Part shown: positions 9,404-21,637 of the stretch, one piece after another
How positions within the stretch are numbered: position 1 is the first letter of the stretch
How the letters are laid out: each line of letters starts with the position of its first letter
Assembly (NCBI GenBank): GCA_965223845.1
Contig: CBDCXR010000004.1
Span: forward strand, 1,632,001 to 1,696,000
DNA length: 64,000 bases
DNA from: Planctomycetota bacterium
GTDB lineage: Bacteria > Planctomycetota > UBA8108 > SXIK01
Reading direction: 5' to 3'
Notes under the pieces: generated by a model
Told to the model about the DNA's origin: nothing
The model's input: the letters and a program-made list of their open reading frames with translations, nothing else
The model's database searches: none
Position numbers and translations under genes: made by a program

Positions 9404-11812
9404 ATGGCCAAGAAAGCGACCAAAAAGACCACGCGAAGGAAGGCGAAGAAACGAGTCGTCGTCGACGAGAAGATCGAGGACGTCCCGTTCCATCGCGCGA
9501 CGCGGCGCAGGTATCTCAACTACGCCCTGTCGGTGATCACGGCCCGAGCGCTCCCGGACGTCCGCGACGGCCTGAAGCCCGTCCAGCGACGCATTCTCTA
9601 CACGATGCAGCACGACCTGCATCTCGCACCGACCAACAAGCCGGTCAAGTGCGCTCACATCGTCGGTGACGTTCTCGGCAATTATCACCCTCACGGGGAC
9701 ACTGCGGTCTACGACGCTCTCGTCCGGATGGCGCAGGACTTCTCTCTCCGCTATCCGATGGTCGACGGGCACGGTAACTTCGGCTCGCTCGACGGGGACA
9801 GCGCGGCAGCGTATCGGTACACCGAAGCCCGGCTCGAGCCGATCTCGCTCGAAGTCTTGGGTGAGCTCGGTCAGGACACCGTCGACTTCCGTCCCACTTA
9901 TGACGGTAAGACGAAGGAGCCGATCGTCCTCCCGTCACGGGTGCCGCAGCTGCTCGTGAACGGCGCGACGGGGATCGCGGTCGGAATGGCGACCAACATT
10001 CCGCCGCACAACCTCACGGAGATCTGCACCGCGTGCGAGGCTCTGATCGACGAGAGAGAGCTCTCCACGAAGGATCTCACCCGGTTCGTCCGCGGACCGG
10101 ACTTCCCGACCGGGGGGGAAATCCTCAACTCGCGCCAGGAGATTCGCGCGATCTACGAGGAGGGGAGCGGCACGATCCGCGTTCGCGGCGAGTTCAAGCT
10201 CGAGTCGACGGGGAGGGGGCGCAAGGCGCAGCGTCACATTGTGATCAGTTCGATTCCGTACATGGTGCAAAAGAATGCGCTCGTGCGCGCGATCGGCGAT
10301 CTCGTGTTCGAGCGCAAGGTGCCGCAGCTCCTCGATGTGCGCGACGAGTCGACGACGGACGTCCGGATCGTTCTCGAGATCAAGCCCGAGGCCGATCCCG
10401 ACGTCGTCATGGCGTACCTCTACAAGAACACGCCGCTTCAGAGCAACTTCAGCGTCAATCTCACCTGTCTCGTTCCCACTCCCGACACGGACGTCTGCAG
10501 TCCGGCGCGAGTCGATCTCAAGTCGATCCTCGAGCACTTCATCGAGTTTCGCTACGAGGTCGTCGAGCGGCGATTCCAGCACGAGCTTCGGCTGCTCCGC
10601 GAGCGGATTCACATTCTCGACGGCTTCCGCAAGATCTTCGACGCGCTCGACGAGGCGATTCGACTCATCCGCCGATCCGACGGGCGGAGTGACGCGGCGA
10701 AGAAGCTCATGAAGCGCTTCGACCTCGACGACGTCCAGGTCGGAGCGATCCTCGATCTTCGCCTCTACAAGCTCGCGCGCCTTGAGATTCAGGCGATCCT
10801 CGACGAGCTGAAAGAGAAGAAGCGAAGAGTGAAGGAGATCGAAGCGATCCTGGCGAGTCCGAAGCGCCTCTGGCGCATCGTGAAGACCGAGATCGCCGAG
10901 TCCCGCGAGAAGTACGGCGACAAGCGACGCACCGTCGTCGGCGCGCGTGGTCTGCGCGAGGTCGAGGTCGACGAGGAAGCGTTCATCGTCGACGAAGATG
11001 CCTACGTTCTCCTCTCGCGCGACGGCTGGGTGAAGCGCGCGGGGCGGATCGGCAGCCTCGACAAGGTCCGTCTCCGCCCCGAAGACGAGCTCCTCGACGT
11101 TCTCGCGGGGAGCACGCGCGACTGTGTCGCGTTCTTCACGAACTTTGGCTCGGCGTACACGATTCGACTGAGCGAGATTCCAGCATCGCGCGGGTACGGC
11201 GAGCCGGTCCAGCGGTTCTTCAAATTCCGCGACGGCGAGCGAGTGCTCGCGGCGATCCTCTTCGACAAGAAGCTTCTCAAGCGAATCGGTTCGGCGGAAT
11301 CGAGCGACGAGTCCGTCGAGCTGGGGCTCGGCGTCAGTTCGAGCGGATACACCTTTCGCAGTCCGCTCTACTTCTTCGCGGAACCTTCGACCCGCGCTGG
11401 AAGGCGCTTTGCGCGGCTCAAGGAAGGAGAAGAGGTCATCGGGTTTCACCGCGTCGTCGCGGGAGATACGGTTGTCCTCGCCAGCAGGACGGGGCGCGTC
11501 ATACTCTTCGCGGCGGACGACGTGAACGTCCTCTCTGGACCCGGACGCGGCGTGATCGGCATCAAGCTCGACGCGAAAGACCGCGTGATCGGTTCGGCGA
11601 TTTCCCGGCAGAAGAGCAAAGGTCTCCGTGCGTACACGACCGGTGGGCGAAAAGTCGACGTCACACCGCGCTCCTACCGCATATCGAGTCGCGGTGGAAA
11701 AGGCGTCGAAGTGATCAAGCGCGGTGGCCTCGCGCGCGTCGAGAGGCCGCCGATCGAGCTTCCGGAGCTCAACGGAAACGGAAAGCGGAGCGGGGGGAAA
11801 CGGGACTCGTGA
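9404..11812 (+). CDS. parC: Type IIA topoisomerase subunit A (ParC-like)
   Basis: [55 protein letters not shown]; beta-pinwheel CTD with no canonical QxRGGKG GyrA-box in the first blade. Confidence 0.85.
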   Translation: MAKKATKKTTRRKAKKRVVVDEKIEDVPFHRATRRRYLNYALSVITARALPDVRDGLKPVQRRILYTMQHDLHLAPTNKPVKCAHIVGDVLGNYHPHGDTAVYDALVRMAQDFSLRYPMVDGHGNFGSLDGDSAAAYRYTEARLEPISLEVLGELGQDTVDFRPTYDGKTKEPIVLPSRVPQLLVNGATGIAVGMATNIPPHNLTEICTACEALIDERELSTKDLTRFVRGPDFPTGGEILNSRQEIRAIYEEGSGTIRVRGEFKLESTGRGRKAQRHIVISSIPYMVQKNALVRAIGDLVFERKVPQLLDVRDESTTDVRIVLEIKPEADPDVVMAYLYKNTPLQSNFSVNLTCLVPTPDTDVCSPARVDLKSILEHFIEFRYEVVERRFQHELRLLRERIHILDGFRKIFDALDEAIRLIRRSDGRSDAAKKLMKRFDLDDVQVGAILDLRLYKLARLEIQAILDELKEKKRRVKEIEAILASPKRLWRIVKTEIAESREKYGDKRRTVVGARGLREVEVDEEAFIVDEDAYVLLSRDGWVKRAGRIGSLDKVRLRPEDELLDVLAGSTRDCVAFFTNFGSAYTIRLSEIPASRGYGEPVQRFFKFRDGERVLAAILFDKKLLKRIGSAESSDESVELGLGVSSSGYTFRSPLYFFAEPSTRAGRRFARLKEGEEVIGFHRVVAGDTVVLASRTGRVILFAADDVNVLSGPGRGVIGIKLDAKDRVIGSAISRQKSKGLRAYTTGGRKVDVTPRSYRISSRGGKGVEVIKRGGLARVERPPIELPELNGNGKRSGGKRDS

Positions 11813-11829
11813 GCAGAGGGAGGAGCTGA

Positions 11830-13746
<1,917 letters not shown>

Positions 13747-13960
13747 AGTCGGATGCCGGCCCGTGTCGCGCCACGAAGCAGTTCACACGAAGCCGAGGTC
13801 TCGAGCAAACGAGACGTCTGCCCACAGATTCCCGGGGGTTTCCCGATCGACCTCGCTTGAGGACCCGACTACCATGTCGACTTGAGCGCGCCGACGCAGC
13901 CGCTCGCGGAGACGTCGGCGGGCGCGCATCCGAGCGCAAGCGACTCGCGGGGGAGGACGC

Positions 13961-15706
13961 ATGGGAGTCTTGAGCACGGTTCTCGACGGGCTCCGAAGCA
14001 CCGACGTCACGCTCGAGGAGTACGACCGACGCGGAGACTGCGTAAGGCGGGTCGGCTCTTCCGATTTTCTCGCGGCGGTCCAGCACCACCGGGCGGCGTT
14101 CCGGGACGGTGATGTCGACGGCCGGCGCGTGGTCGCGCTTCTCTTCCGTCCGGAGGAGGCGATCGAGTTTCTCGTCGTCACGCTCGCGGCGATGGCCGAA
14201 GGCTGGACTGTCGTCCCGCTGTACCCGAACTGGGATGACGAGACGCAGGTTCGTTATCTCGAGGCCTACGATCTCCGTGGGATCGCCGTCGGCACCGGAT
14301 TCCTCGGGCGGGCGGAATCGTGGCTCGTCGGCACCGCGCCGATCGAGAAGATCTTCGAGATCTCGCTCGACGAGGGCATCCCACCGCTCCCGGACGGTCC
14401 TCTTCAGCTCTTCGACATGATGCGCGGCGATCAACCGTGCGCGTGGATCTTCACGTCCGGAACTTCCGGGGAACTCGCCAAGCTCACGGAGATCACGCTC
14501 TCGAATCTCGAAGCGGCGATCGACAACATCCGCGATCTCGACTTCGTTCGCCCGGGAATGACCCTCCACAACCCGTTGTCGACGAGTCACATCTTCGCGT
14601 TCTCGGTCGTCCTGGGCCTTTTGGCGGTGAAGCCGAAACGACTCCTCTTCTCGGACGTTCAGTTTCTCGCTCGCCTGCCGCAAACTCGCACCGGAAAAGT
14701 CGACGCGCTGATCCTCGTCCCGATCGTGCTCAACCGATTGCGCGCCGGATTCTACGAGAAGATCGTCGCGCAGCTCGACCGCAAGAGCGCGCCGCCCGAG
14801 CTGCGGCGGCTCGCGCGGGTCCCGATGGGAGTTCGGCGACGACTGAAGCAGATCGTCCAGCGCGCGGAGGAGGCGGTGATCGATCGCGAGCAGGGCCGAA
14901 GGATCGGACTTCGACGCCGTGGATCGATTCTCACCGCGCGTCGACTCTTCGGGCGGATGTTGCGCGAGCGGCTCGGATCGCCGGAGTTCGTCGTCATCGG
15001 CGGGGCGAAGCCAAACCTGCGAGCGATGGCCTTTCTCGAGGCGCTCGGCATCCGATGCCTCCAGGGTTGGGGGATGACGGAGACCACCGGACCTCTCGCG
15101 GTCTGCCGTCTGCGGGATCGATTCCGCGGCGCATTCGGCACGTGCGGGACACTCTTCCCCGATACCAAGGCGTACGTCGAGGACGGCGAGCTCATCGTCG
15201 AAGGTCCACAGATCGCTCGCGGCTATCACCAGCCGAGCGGCGAGTTCGTACCGTTCAACGGGCGAAAGAGCACCGGCGACCACGCGGAGTTCGATGCGGT
15301 TGGCCGCTTGCGGGTGACCGGCAAGGCGTCGGATCGGATCACCACGGACAACGGCCTCAACTACAACCCGATTCCGTTCGAGGAGAGGCTGACGGCGCTC
15401 GATCTCGATCGCGGACACGTTCTCGCCGACGTCATCGTCATCGGTGACGGAAAGCCTCGGCTCGGTGCCGTATTCTTCCTCCGCGAGGGCGTCGACGACG
15501 AAGCTTCGGTGCGCGAGCAGATCGCCTCGCTCCTCGAAGAGTTCAATCGCGAGCGTGCGGTCGACGAGCGCATCGAGGCGTGGGCGCTCTGCGCCGAGGA
15601 CCTTCGCACTGCGGGATTCCTCGGGCCATCGGGAAAGGTCGTTCGGCGGCGGATCGAGACGCACTTCGCCGACATCTTCGCGCGGTGGGCGGTCGAGGTG
15701 GAATGA
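13961..15706 (+). CDS. AMP-dependent synthetase, long-chain acyl-CoA ligase-like
   Basis: GGAGG RBS; IFTSGTSG P-loop, GWGMTETTG, STGD, GEL..GP..ARGY, C-terminal GPSGKVVR lysine. Confidence 0.85.
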   Translation: MGVLSTVLDGLRSTDVTLEEYDRRGDCVRRVGSSDFLAAVQHHRAAFRDGDVDGRRVVALLFRPEEAIEFLVVTLAAMAEGWTVVPLYPNWDDETQVRYLEAYDLRGIAVGTGFLGRAESWLVGTAPIEKIFEISLDEGIPPLPDGPLQLFDMMRGDQPCAWIFTSGTSGELAKLTEITLSNLEAAIDNIRDLDFVRPGMTLHNPLSTSHIFAFSVVLGLLAVKPKRLLFSDVQFLARLPQTRTGKVDALILVPIVLNRLRAGFYEKIVAQLDRKSAPPELRRLARVPMGVRRRLKQIVQRAEEAVIDREQGRRIGLRRRGSILTARRLFGRMLRERLGSPEFVVIGGAKPNLRAMAFLEALGIRCLQGWGMTETTGPLAVCRLRDRFRGAFGTCGTLFPDTKAYVEDGELIVEGPQIARGYHQPSGEFVPFNGRKSTGDHAEFDAVGRLRVTGKASDRITTDNGLNYNPIPFEERLTALDLDRGHVLADVIVIGDGKPRLGAVFFLREGVDDEASVREQIASLLEEFNRERAVDERIEAWALCAEDLRTAGFLGPSGKVVRRRIETHFADIFARWAVEVE

Positions 15707-16206
15707 GCCCGGCGAATCGGTGGTGGACTCTCGCTGCTGCGTTGGCGTCGATCGGCGTGAGTCTCGTCTCGCTCTTCTTCGCTCTCCTCTCCACTCCTCG
15801 AGTGCCCGGGCTCGCTGCCCTCATCGTCGGAGGCGTCTGGCTGATCGCGCTCCTCGTCGCGGCGCGCGTGTACGGACCGATGGCGCGCGGGTTCGTTGCG
15901 GTCGCGATCAGCTCGCTCCCGCTCGCCGGACTCGCTCTCTACGACAAGAGCGCTCCCAGCCGCGACGACCTCCGGGCGTTCGGCGAGCCCACGGTCGATG
16001 CGATCAAACGGTTTCGCGAGCGCGAAGGGCGCTACCCGGCAAACCTCTCCGAGGCGGGAGCCGAGCTTCCGCTGCCGACTCGATTCGGAGCGTGGAGATA
16101 CGAATCGCTGAGCGAATCGTCCTGCCAGCTCTCGGTCGGGGACTACAGCATCGATCCATTCGTCGTCTTTTGGTCGAGCCGAAGCGGCTGGGGAGTCGAC
16201 AGCTGA
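15703..16206 (+). CDS. Small membrane protein (about 3 TM helices plus a soluble domain)
   Basis: ATGA overlap with the upstream stop; three hydrophobic stretches then AIKRFREREGRYPANLSE. Confidence 0.7.
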   Translation: MSPANRWWTLAAALASIGVSLVSLFFALLSTPRVPGLAALIVGGVWLIALLVAARVYGPMARGFVAVAISSLPLAGLALYDKSAPSRDDLRAFGEPTVDAIKRFREREGRYPANLSEAGAELPLPTRFGAWRYESLSESSCQLSVGDYSIDPFVVFWSSRSGWGVDS

Positions 16207-16225
16207 CCCCGGAGGCCGCTTCGCG

Positions 16226-16254
16226 TTGACACCGCCGGAAGGTTGTCATACGGT
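16226..16254 (+). promoter_or_regulatory. Putative sigma70 promoter overlapping a TGACA/TGTCA inverted repeat
   Basis: TTGACA-N17-TACGGT; the TGACA...TGTCA dyad could be an operator. Confidence 0.45.
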
Positions 16255-16296
16255 CTCTCCCCCATCCCACGAAGTGTATCGCTGAGAGAGACCAAG

Positions 16297-17157
16297 ATGG
16301 CCTGGGACGTCGACCGAGTGACCGAGGTGCTGCTTGAAGCCGGCGCGATGGCGCTCGATATGCAGCGCGGCATCGCGACGTCGCGAAAGAGCGACCGCTC
16401 CCTCGTCACCGAAGCGGATCACGGAGTCGAGAAGCTTCTCAGCGACGCGTTTGAACGCCCCGAGGCGGGCGCGTTCATCATCGGTGAGGAAACGTCGCAC
16501 CTAAAGGGCGAGGACTACCTCGCCCGTGCGCTCGCGAACGAGGCGTTCGTGATCGATCCGATCGACGGAACCTCACCCTACGCGCATCAACTACCGACGT
16601 GGGGAGTCTCGATGGGCCGACTCGTCGAAGGGCGGCTGGTCGACGGGGCGGTATTCCTTCCCGCGGTGGGAGAGCTCGTCATCAGCTCCGGAACGGCGGC
16701 GCTCGAAGCGAGGTTCGTGCGCACCGGCGAGGACTGGACCGCCGCCAGTGAATTCTCTGAAACCCCCGACCCGACTCCCGACCCGGCCGGGGAGCGCCTC
16801 CTCGCGATCACGCAAGATCTCGCGAAGCGCGGGCGAGTCGAGCTGCCGAACCCGACGCTCGTCCTCGGAGCGGCGGTGGTCCCGCTGGTGGGACTTCTGC
16901 AGGGGCGGTTTTCGGGCTACCTCGGGAGCGTGCGCCTTTGGGACGCCGCGGGCGCGCTCGCGCTTCTCCTCCGCAAGGGATTCTCGGTGACGGTCGCTCC
17001 GGGTGGAGTGCGCTGCGAGGTCTCGGGCGAAGTGAGCGACCGGACGTACGTACTCGAGCCGGGGCATCCTCGACGCTGGCGCTTCTTGAGCGATCTTCTC
17101 GTCTGCCACCCGGAGGACGAGGAGCGGCTGCGGCGCGGCCTCGTCCGCGGCGACTGA
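16297..17157 (+). CDS. Inositol monophosphatase family protein
   Basis: KSDRSLVTEAD, IIGEE, IDPIDGT and LWDAAGA motifs. Confidence 0.88.
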   Translation: MAWDVDRVTEVLLEAGAMALDMQRGIATSRKSDRSLVTEADHGVEKLLSDAFERPEAGAFIIGEETSHLKGEDYLARALANEAFVIDPIDGTSPYAHQLPTWGVSMGRLVEGRLVDGAVFLPAVGELVISSGTAALEARFVRTGEDWTAASEFSETPDPTPDPAGERLLAITQDLAKRGRVELPNPTLVLGAAVVPLVGLLQGRFSGYLGSVRLWDAAGALALLLRKGFSVTVAPGGVRCEVSGEVSDRTYVLEPGHPRRWRFLSDLLVCHPEDEERLRRGLVRGD

Positions 17158-17192
17158 GGAATCGTCGCTCTCGTGCGCTCCCTGAGGAGAGA

Positions 17193-17223
17193 TTCACCAC
17201 GAAGGGCACGAAGGAAGCGCGAG
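17193..17223 (+). repeat. Dispersed intergenic repeat copy (CACGAAG family)
   Basis: TTCACCACGAAGGGCACGAAGGAAGCGCGAG resembles the arm at 23949-23979. Confidence 0.6.
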
Positions 17224-17371
17224 CGTGTGGAAATGGGAGAATACGCTCGTGCGCGTGAGGGCTCGATTCTCCCGTGGGTCGCGCGCAAAATGTACTGCTC
17301 AGCATTCGTTGGGCGCTCGGTGAGACGCAGATGCGCCGAGTCGATCCGCTCTCCCGACGTCGCGAGGCCGC

Positions 17372-18799
17372 ATGCCGACGCATTTCCGAGAATCCAACCC
17401 GTCTCCGTCTGAACCGCGCCGATACGGTCGCTTTTCGCTCGAGCCCGTTCGTGTCGAGCCCGTAGAAACCGCGCACCGCCGCATCGCGACGGCGCTGCCC
17501 GTTCCTGAATCGCTTCCCTACTTCGAAAAGCTCCTTCGGAACGAGCCTCAGTCGATGTCGGGGCAGCCGCCGATCCTTTGGGATAGCGCGGAAGGGCACA
17601 CGGTCCGCGACCGGTTCGGTAACCGCTGGATCGACTGGTCATCTTGCGTCCTCGTCGCGAATTGCGGCCACGCTCACCCTCGCATCGTCGAGCGCATCGC
17701 CGCGCTGGTGTCTCGTCGCCAGCTCGCGACCTACGTGTTTCCGCACGCCGAACGCGCGGAGCTCGTCGAGAGGCTCACGGACGTCGCGCCGCCGGGGCTA
17801 GACAAAGTCTTTCTGCTCACCACCGGATCCGAAGCCGTCGAAAACGCCATCAAGCTCATGCGCACGTGGGGTCTCCGCACATCGCCGAAGAAGAAGACCA
17901 TCGTCTCGTTCGGCGGCGGGTTTCACGGGCGCACGCTCGGCTCGCAGCTCGCCGGCGGCATCCCCGCGCTCAAGACGTGGATCGGGGGGGACGACGTGAG
18001 CTTTCTCCAGGTTCCATTCCCCGATGGCTACCTGCTCGAGGACGAGTCGTTCGCGGTCTTCGAGCAAACTCTCGCGGACGCCGGCGTCGATGGCGCCGAC
18101 GTAGCGGGTGTGATCTCGGAGACGTACCTCGGCATCGGCCCCGATTTCTTTCCCGTCGAGTACGCGCAGCGGCTGCGGCGATGGTGCGACGAGCACGGCG
18201 CGCTTCTCGCGTTCGACGAAGTGCAGTCGGGATTCGGTCGAACGGGAAAGTTCTTCGCCTTCGAACACTACGACGTGACGCCGGATCTCGTCGCGTGTGG
18301 AAAAGGGATCTCGGGCTCGCTCCCGCTCGCAGCGGTGATCGGGCGTGCGGACGTCCTCGACACCTATCCGCCGGGATCGATGACGTCGACGCACTCAGGC
18401 TCACCCCTCAGCGTCGCGGCGGGGCTCGGCAGTCTCGAGGCGCTCGCGGGCGACGGGCTCGTCGGACGAGCCGCGGAGCTCGAGCCGGTGCTGGCAGGGG
18501 GTCTCGAAGCGATCGAAAAACGCCACGGAGACGTTGTCGGCTGCGTGCGCGCGCGAGGGCTCGTCGGCGGCGTGCGGGTCGTACGACCCGGAACCAAGGA
18601 GCCGGATGCCGAGCTCGCCGCGCGGATCGTCGAGGCGTGCTTTCACCGCGGACTCCTCCTCTTCGCACCGGTGGGACTCGGCGGCGGCTGCGTCAAGATC
18701 GCTCCGCCGCTCAGCACTCCGAAAGACGCGCTCGAAGAGGGACTCGAGGTTCTCGGCGAGGCGTTCGCCGTCTCGGTGGACGCGGAGCCAAAGCGGTGA
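17372..18799 (+). CDS. Class III PLP aminotransferase (GabT/ArgD-like)
   Basis: ANCGHAHP, TGSEAVENAIK, FHGRTLG, FDEVQSGFGRTG, PDLVACGKGI. Confidence 0.92.
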   Translation: MPTHFRESNPSPSEPRRYGRFSLEPVRVEPVETAHRRIATALPVPESLPYFEKLLRNEPQSMSGQPPILWDSAEGHTVRDRFGNRWIDWSSCVLVANCGHAHPRIVERIAALVSRRQLATYVFPHAERAELVERLTDVAPPGLDKVFLLTTGSEAVENAIKLMRTWGLRTSPKKKTIVSFGGGFHGRTLGSQLAGGIPALKTWIGGDDVSFLQVPFPDGYLLEDESFAVFEQTLADAGVDGADVAGVISETYLGIGPDFFPVEYAQRLRRWCDEHGALLAFDEVQSGFGRTGKFFAFEHYDVTPDLVACGKGISGSLPLAAVIGRADVLDTYPPGSMTSTHSGSPLSVAAGLGSLEALAGDGLVGRAAELEPVLAGGLEAIEKRHGDVVGCVRARGLVGGVRVVRPGTKEPDAELAARIVEACFHRGLLLFAPVGLGGGCVKIAPPLSTPKDALEEGLEVLGEAFAVSVDAEPKR

Positions 18800-20082
18800 C
18801 GTTCCGTCCGACCGATCGCGAGCTCGTTCGCGGGGTGCGCATCCCGGGTGAACACCAGCTCGTCGATGTGGAGTTCGTCGGCGGGAAGATCCGCCGGATT
18901 GTGGACGCGAAGAGAGACCGCGGATCCAGCGCCGAATCGTCGCTCGACGGTGGCGGCGATTGGCTGCTACCGGGATGGATCGATCTCCAGGTGAACGACG
19001 TCGCGTGGGTCGCGGGCGGCCTGCGCGATCCGGAGGAGCACGCGGCTCGCGTCCGAGAAATCTGCCGACTGCAGGCGGAGACTGGCGTCACCGGTCTCGC
19101 ACTCGCGACGCTCGCGGCCCCGATCGATGAGATCATCGCGTACCTCCGCGGTCTCGCCCTCGTTTGTTCGAACCCGACCGACCCGGCGGAGCGGATCCTC
19201 CTCGGCGGACTCGTCGAAGGATCGTTCATGAATCCCGAGTTCTGCGGTGCGCACAATCCGAAATGGATCGTCCCGCCGGCTCTCGACGTCCTCGACGAGT
19301 TTCTCGCGACGAACGCCGTGCGGCTGATCAACGTCGCGCCCGAGATGAGCGACGCAGCGATGGCGGTGATCCGGCGAGCGACGGCGGCGGGGGTCGTCGT
19401 CGGCGTCGGCCACGCGAAGCCTCACGCCGAATGTCTGCGCGAAGCGATCTCCGCGGGCGCTCGCTACGTGATTCACCTCGGCAACGGACCGACTGGAAGC
19501 AGTCTCAAGGGCTTCCACGACGGCGGGATGCTCGAGGAGTCGCTTCGCAACGACGCGCTCGTCGTCACGGTGATCGTCGACGGCTACCACGTGCACTTCG
19601 ACCTCGTGCGCGACTGGATCGAGCGAAAGGAACCGGAGCGCTTCGTGGCGGTGAGCGATGCGGCATTCGCGATGGACTTTCCGGCCGGGGAGTTCGAAGT
19701 CTTCGGCGTCGGTGGCGTCGTATCGCCGGACGGACGGTACCTCCAGGTCGCGGCCGACAGCGCGCCGAAGAACCCGCGAAGCTCGGACGTCGGTCGCCTG
19801 TTTGGCGCAGCAGCGCAGATGCGGGACGTGTTCGAGAATCTGCTCAACCTCGTGACGACCGAACGTGCGGGCGTCTACTACCGGCGCCACCGCGCGCTCG
19901 AGCTCGCCGACGGAATCGCGCTCGCGAGCCAGGTGTGTTCGGCGTCGCCCGCCGCGCTCCTCGGGATGAACGACCGAGGCGTCGTCCGCGAAGGCGCTCG
20001 GGCCGATGCCATCCTCGTGTCCGTCGGCGGCGCGCCGGGAAGTTACTCTGTACGCGTCCGCGACGTGTGGATCGGAGTCTGA
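18796..20082 (+). CDS. NagA-like N-acetyl amidohydrolase (divergent)
   Basis: GTGA overlap; PGWIDLQVN, VEGSF, CGAHN, VAPE, GVGHA, IHLGN, DGYHV, VSDA, G..REGARAD motifs. Confidence 0.8.
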   Translation: MTFRPTDRELVRGVRIPGEHQLVDVEFVGGKIRRIVDAKRDRGSSAESSLDGGGDWLLPGWIDLQVNDVAWVAGGLRDPEEHAARVREICRLQAETGVTGLALATLAAPIDEIIAYLRGLALVCSNPTDPAERILLGGLVEGSFMNPEFCGAHNPKWIVPPALDVLDEFLATNAVRLINVAPEMSDAAMAVIRRATAAGVVVGVGHAKPHAECLREAISAGARYVIHLGNGPTGSSLKGFHDGGMLEESLRNDALVVTVIVDGYHVHFDLVRDWIERKEPERFVAVSDAAFAMDFPAGEFEVFGVGGVVSPDGRYLQVAADSAPKNPRSSDVGRLFGAAAQMRDVFENLLNLVTTERAGVYYRRHRALELADGIALASQVCSASPAALLGMNDRGVVREGARADAILVSVGGAPGSYSVRVRDVWIGV

Positions 20083-20138
20083 ACCGCTTGGCGAGAAACG
20101 ACCTCGCCCTAGGGCACCCGCGGCCCGACACGCTTCGC

Positions 20139-20167
20139 TTTACAGCGTGATTCGCCTCTGCCATCAT
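20139..20167 (+). promoter_or_regulatory. Putative sigma70 promoter for xylA
   Basis: TTTACA-N17-CATCAT with TG extension. Confidence 0.4.
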
Positions 20168-20282
20168 GTTGCCGCTCCGTGCCGCTCGGAAGATTTCCTG
20201 AAAAATCGCCGGGACGGAGGCGCGCCGTATCCGCGGTCGGCGGCCCGGCGGACGGTTGAATGCGATTTTCTTTTGAACCCCG

Positions 20283-21608
20283 ATGAGCACGATTTCCATG
20301 CCGGCCTTTCCCGACGTCCCGAAGATTCAGTACGAAGGTCCCGACAGCGACAATCCCCTTTCGTTTCGTCACTACGACGAGGCTGCAGTCATCGAAGGGA
20401 AGTCGATGAAGGACCACTTCCGGTTCGCGGTGGCCTACTGGCATACGTTCCGCGGCACGGGAAGTGATCCGTTCGGCGTCGGCACGATGGTGCGACCTTG
20501 GGAGGCCGCGGAGGACTCGGTCGAGAACGCCATCGCGCGCGTTCGCGTCGCCTTCGAGTTCCTCGAGAAGCTCGGCGTCGGGTACTACTGCTTTCACGAT
20601 CGGGACGTCGCGCCCGAGGGCGCGAATCTCAGCGAGACGAATCGCCATCTCGATGCGGTCGTTGCCGCGCTCAAGGAAGAGCAGGAGCGCACGGGCATTC
20701 AGCTCCTTTGGGGAACGGCCAACCTCTTCAGCAATCCGCGCTACGTACACGGGGCCGCAACGAGCTGCAACGCGGACGCCTTCGCGTACGCAGGCGCTCA
20801 GGTGAAGAAATGCCTCGAGGTGACGAAGGCGCTCGGAGGTTCGAACTACGTGTTCTGGGGCGGGCGCGAAGGCTACCAGAATCTTTGGAACACTGATCTC
20901 AAGCGCGAGATGGACCACCTCGCGAAGTTCTTCCACCTCGCGGTCGATTACGCGAAAGAGATCGGCTTCACGGGGCAGTTTCTCATCGAACCGAAGCCGA
21001 AGGAGCCGACCAAGCACCAATACGACTTCGACGCGGCGAACTGCATCAATTTCCTCCGTGCGTACGGGCTCGGCGACACCTTTAAGCTCAATCTCGAGAC
21101 GAACCACGCGACGCTCGCCGGACACACGATGCAGCACGAGATCGAGTACGCCGGGAGCCAGGGCTTCCTCGGCTCGATGGATGCGAACACGGGGGATCTC
21201 CTCCTCGGCTGGGACACCGATCAGTTTCCGACCGACATCTATCTCACGACTTCGTGCATGCTCTCCGTCCTCAAGTACGGCGGTCTCAACCCCGGCGGGA
21301 TCAACTTCGACGCGAAGGTACGGCGCGAGAGCTTCGAGCCGGTCGATCTCTTTCATGCACACATCGGCGGGATGGACGCATTCGCCCGCGGACTCAAGAT
21401 CGCCGCTGCAATTCGCGCCGACGGAAAGCTCAGTCGGTTCGTCGAAGAGCGCTATCGAACGTGGGATTCGGGAATCGGGCAGGAGATCGAGACGGGCCAG
21501 GCGGACTTCAAGCGGCTCGAAGCCTACATGCTCGAGCAGGGCGACGTCCGTCCGAACGCGAGCGGTCGCCAGGAGTGGATCGAGAATCTGATCAACACGT
21601 ATCTCTAG
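20283..21608 (+). CDS. xylA: Xylose isomerase (class II)
   Basis: [67 protein letters not shown]. Confidence 0.97.
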   Translation: MSTISMPAFPDVPKIQYEGPDSDNPLSFRHYDEAAVIEGKSMKDHFRFAVAYWHTFRGTGSDPFGVGTMVRPWEAAEDSVENAIARVRVAFEFLEKLGVGYYCFHDRDVAPEGANLSETNRHLDAVVAALKEEQERTGIQLLWGTANLFSNPRYVHGAATSCNADAFAYAGAQVKKCLEVTKALGGSNYVFWGGREGYQNLWNTDLKREMDHLAKFFHLAVDYAKEIGFTGQFLIEPKPKEPTKHQYDFDAANCINFLRAYGLGDTFKLNLETNHATLAGHTMQHEIEYAGSQGFLGSMDANTGDLLLGWDTDQFPTDIYLTTSCMLSVLKYGGLNPGGINFDAKVRRESFEPVDLFHAHIGGMDAFARGLKIAAAIRADGKLSRFVEERYRTWDSGIGQEIETGQADFKRLEAYMLEQGDVRPNASGRQEWIENLINTYL

Positions 21609-21637
21609 CGCTCGGCGACTGCGTCGCGAGAACGCCG

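Noticed and set aside
8745-9404. Long N-terminal extensions in the ORF track (6273-9404, 17644-20082, 21254-23899, 38625-41957, 39108-41828, 37993-38916, 44782-46053)
   Set aside because: Extensions are low-complexity Arg/Ser/Pro-rich or overlap other genes; better starts with RBS, overlap or signal peptide lie downstream
9404-11812. Canonical gyrA
   Set aside because: No GyrA-box at the start of the CTD and a basic rather than acidic C-terminal tail; ParC-like is preferred though unproven
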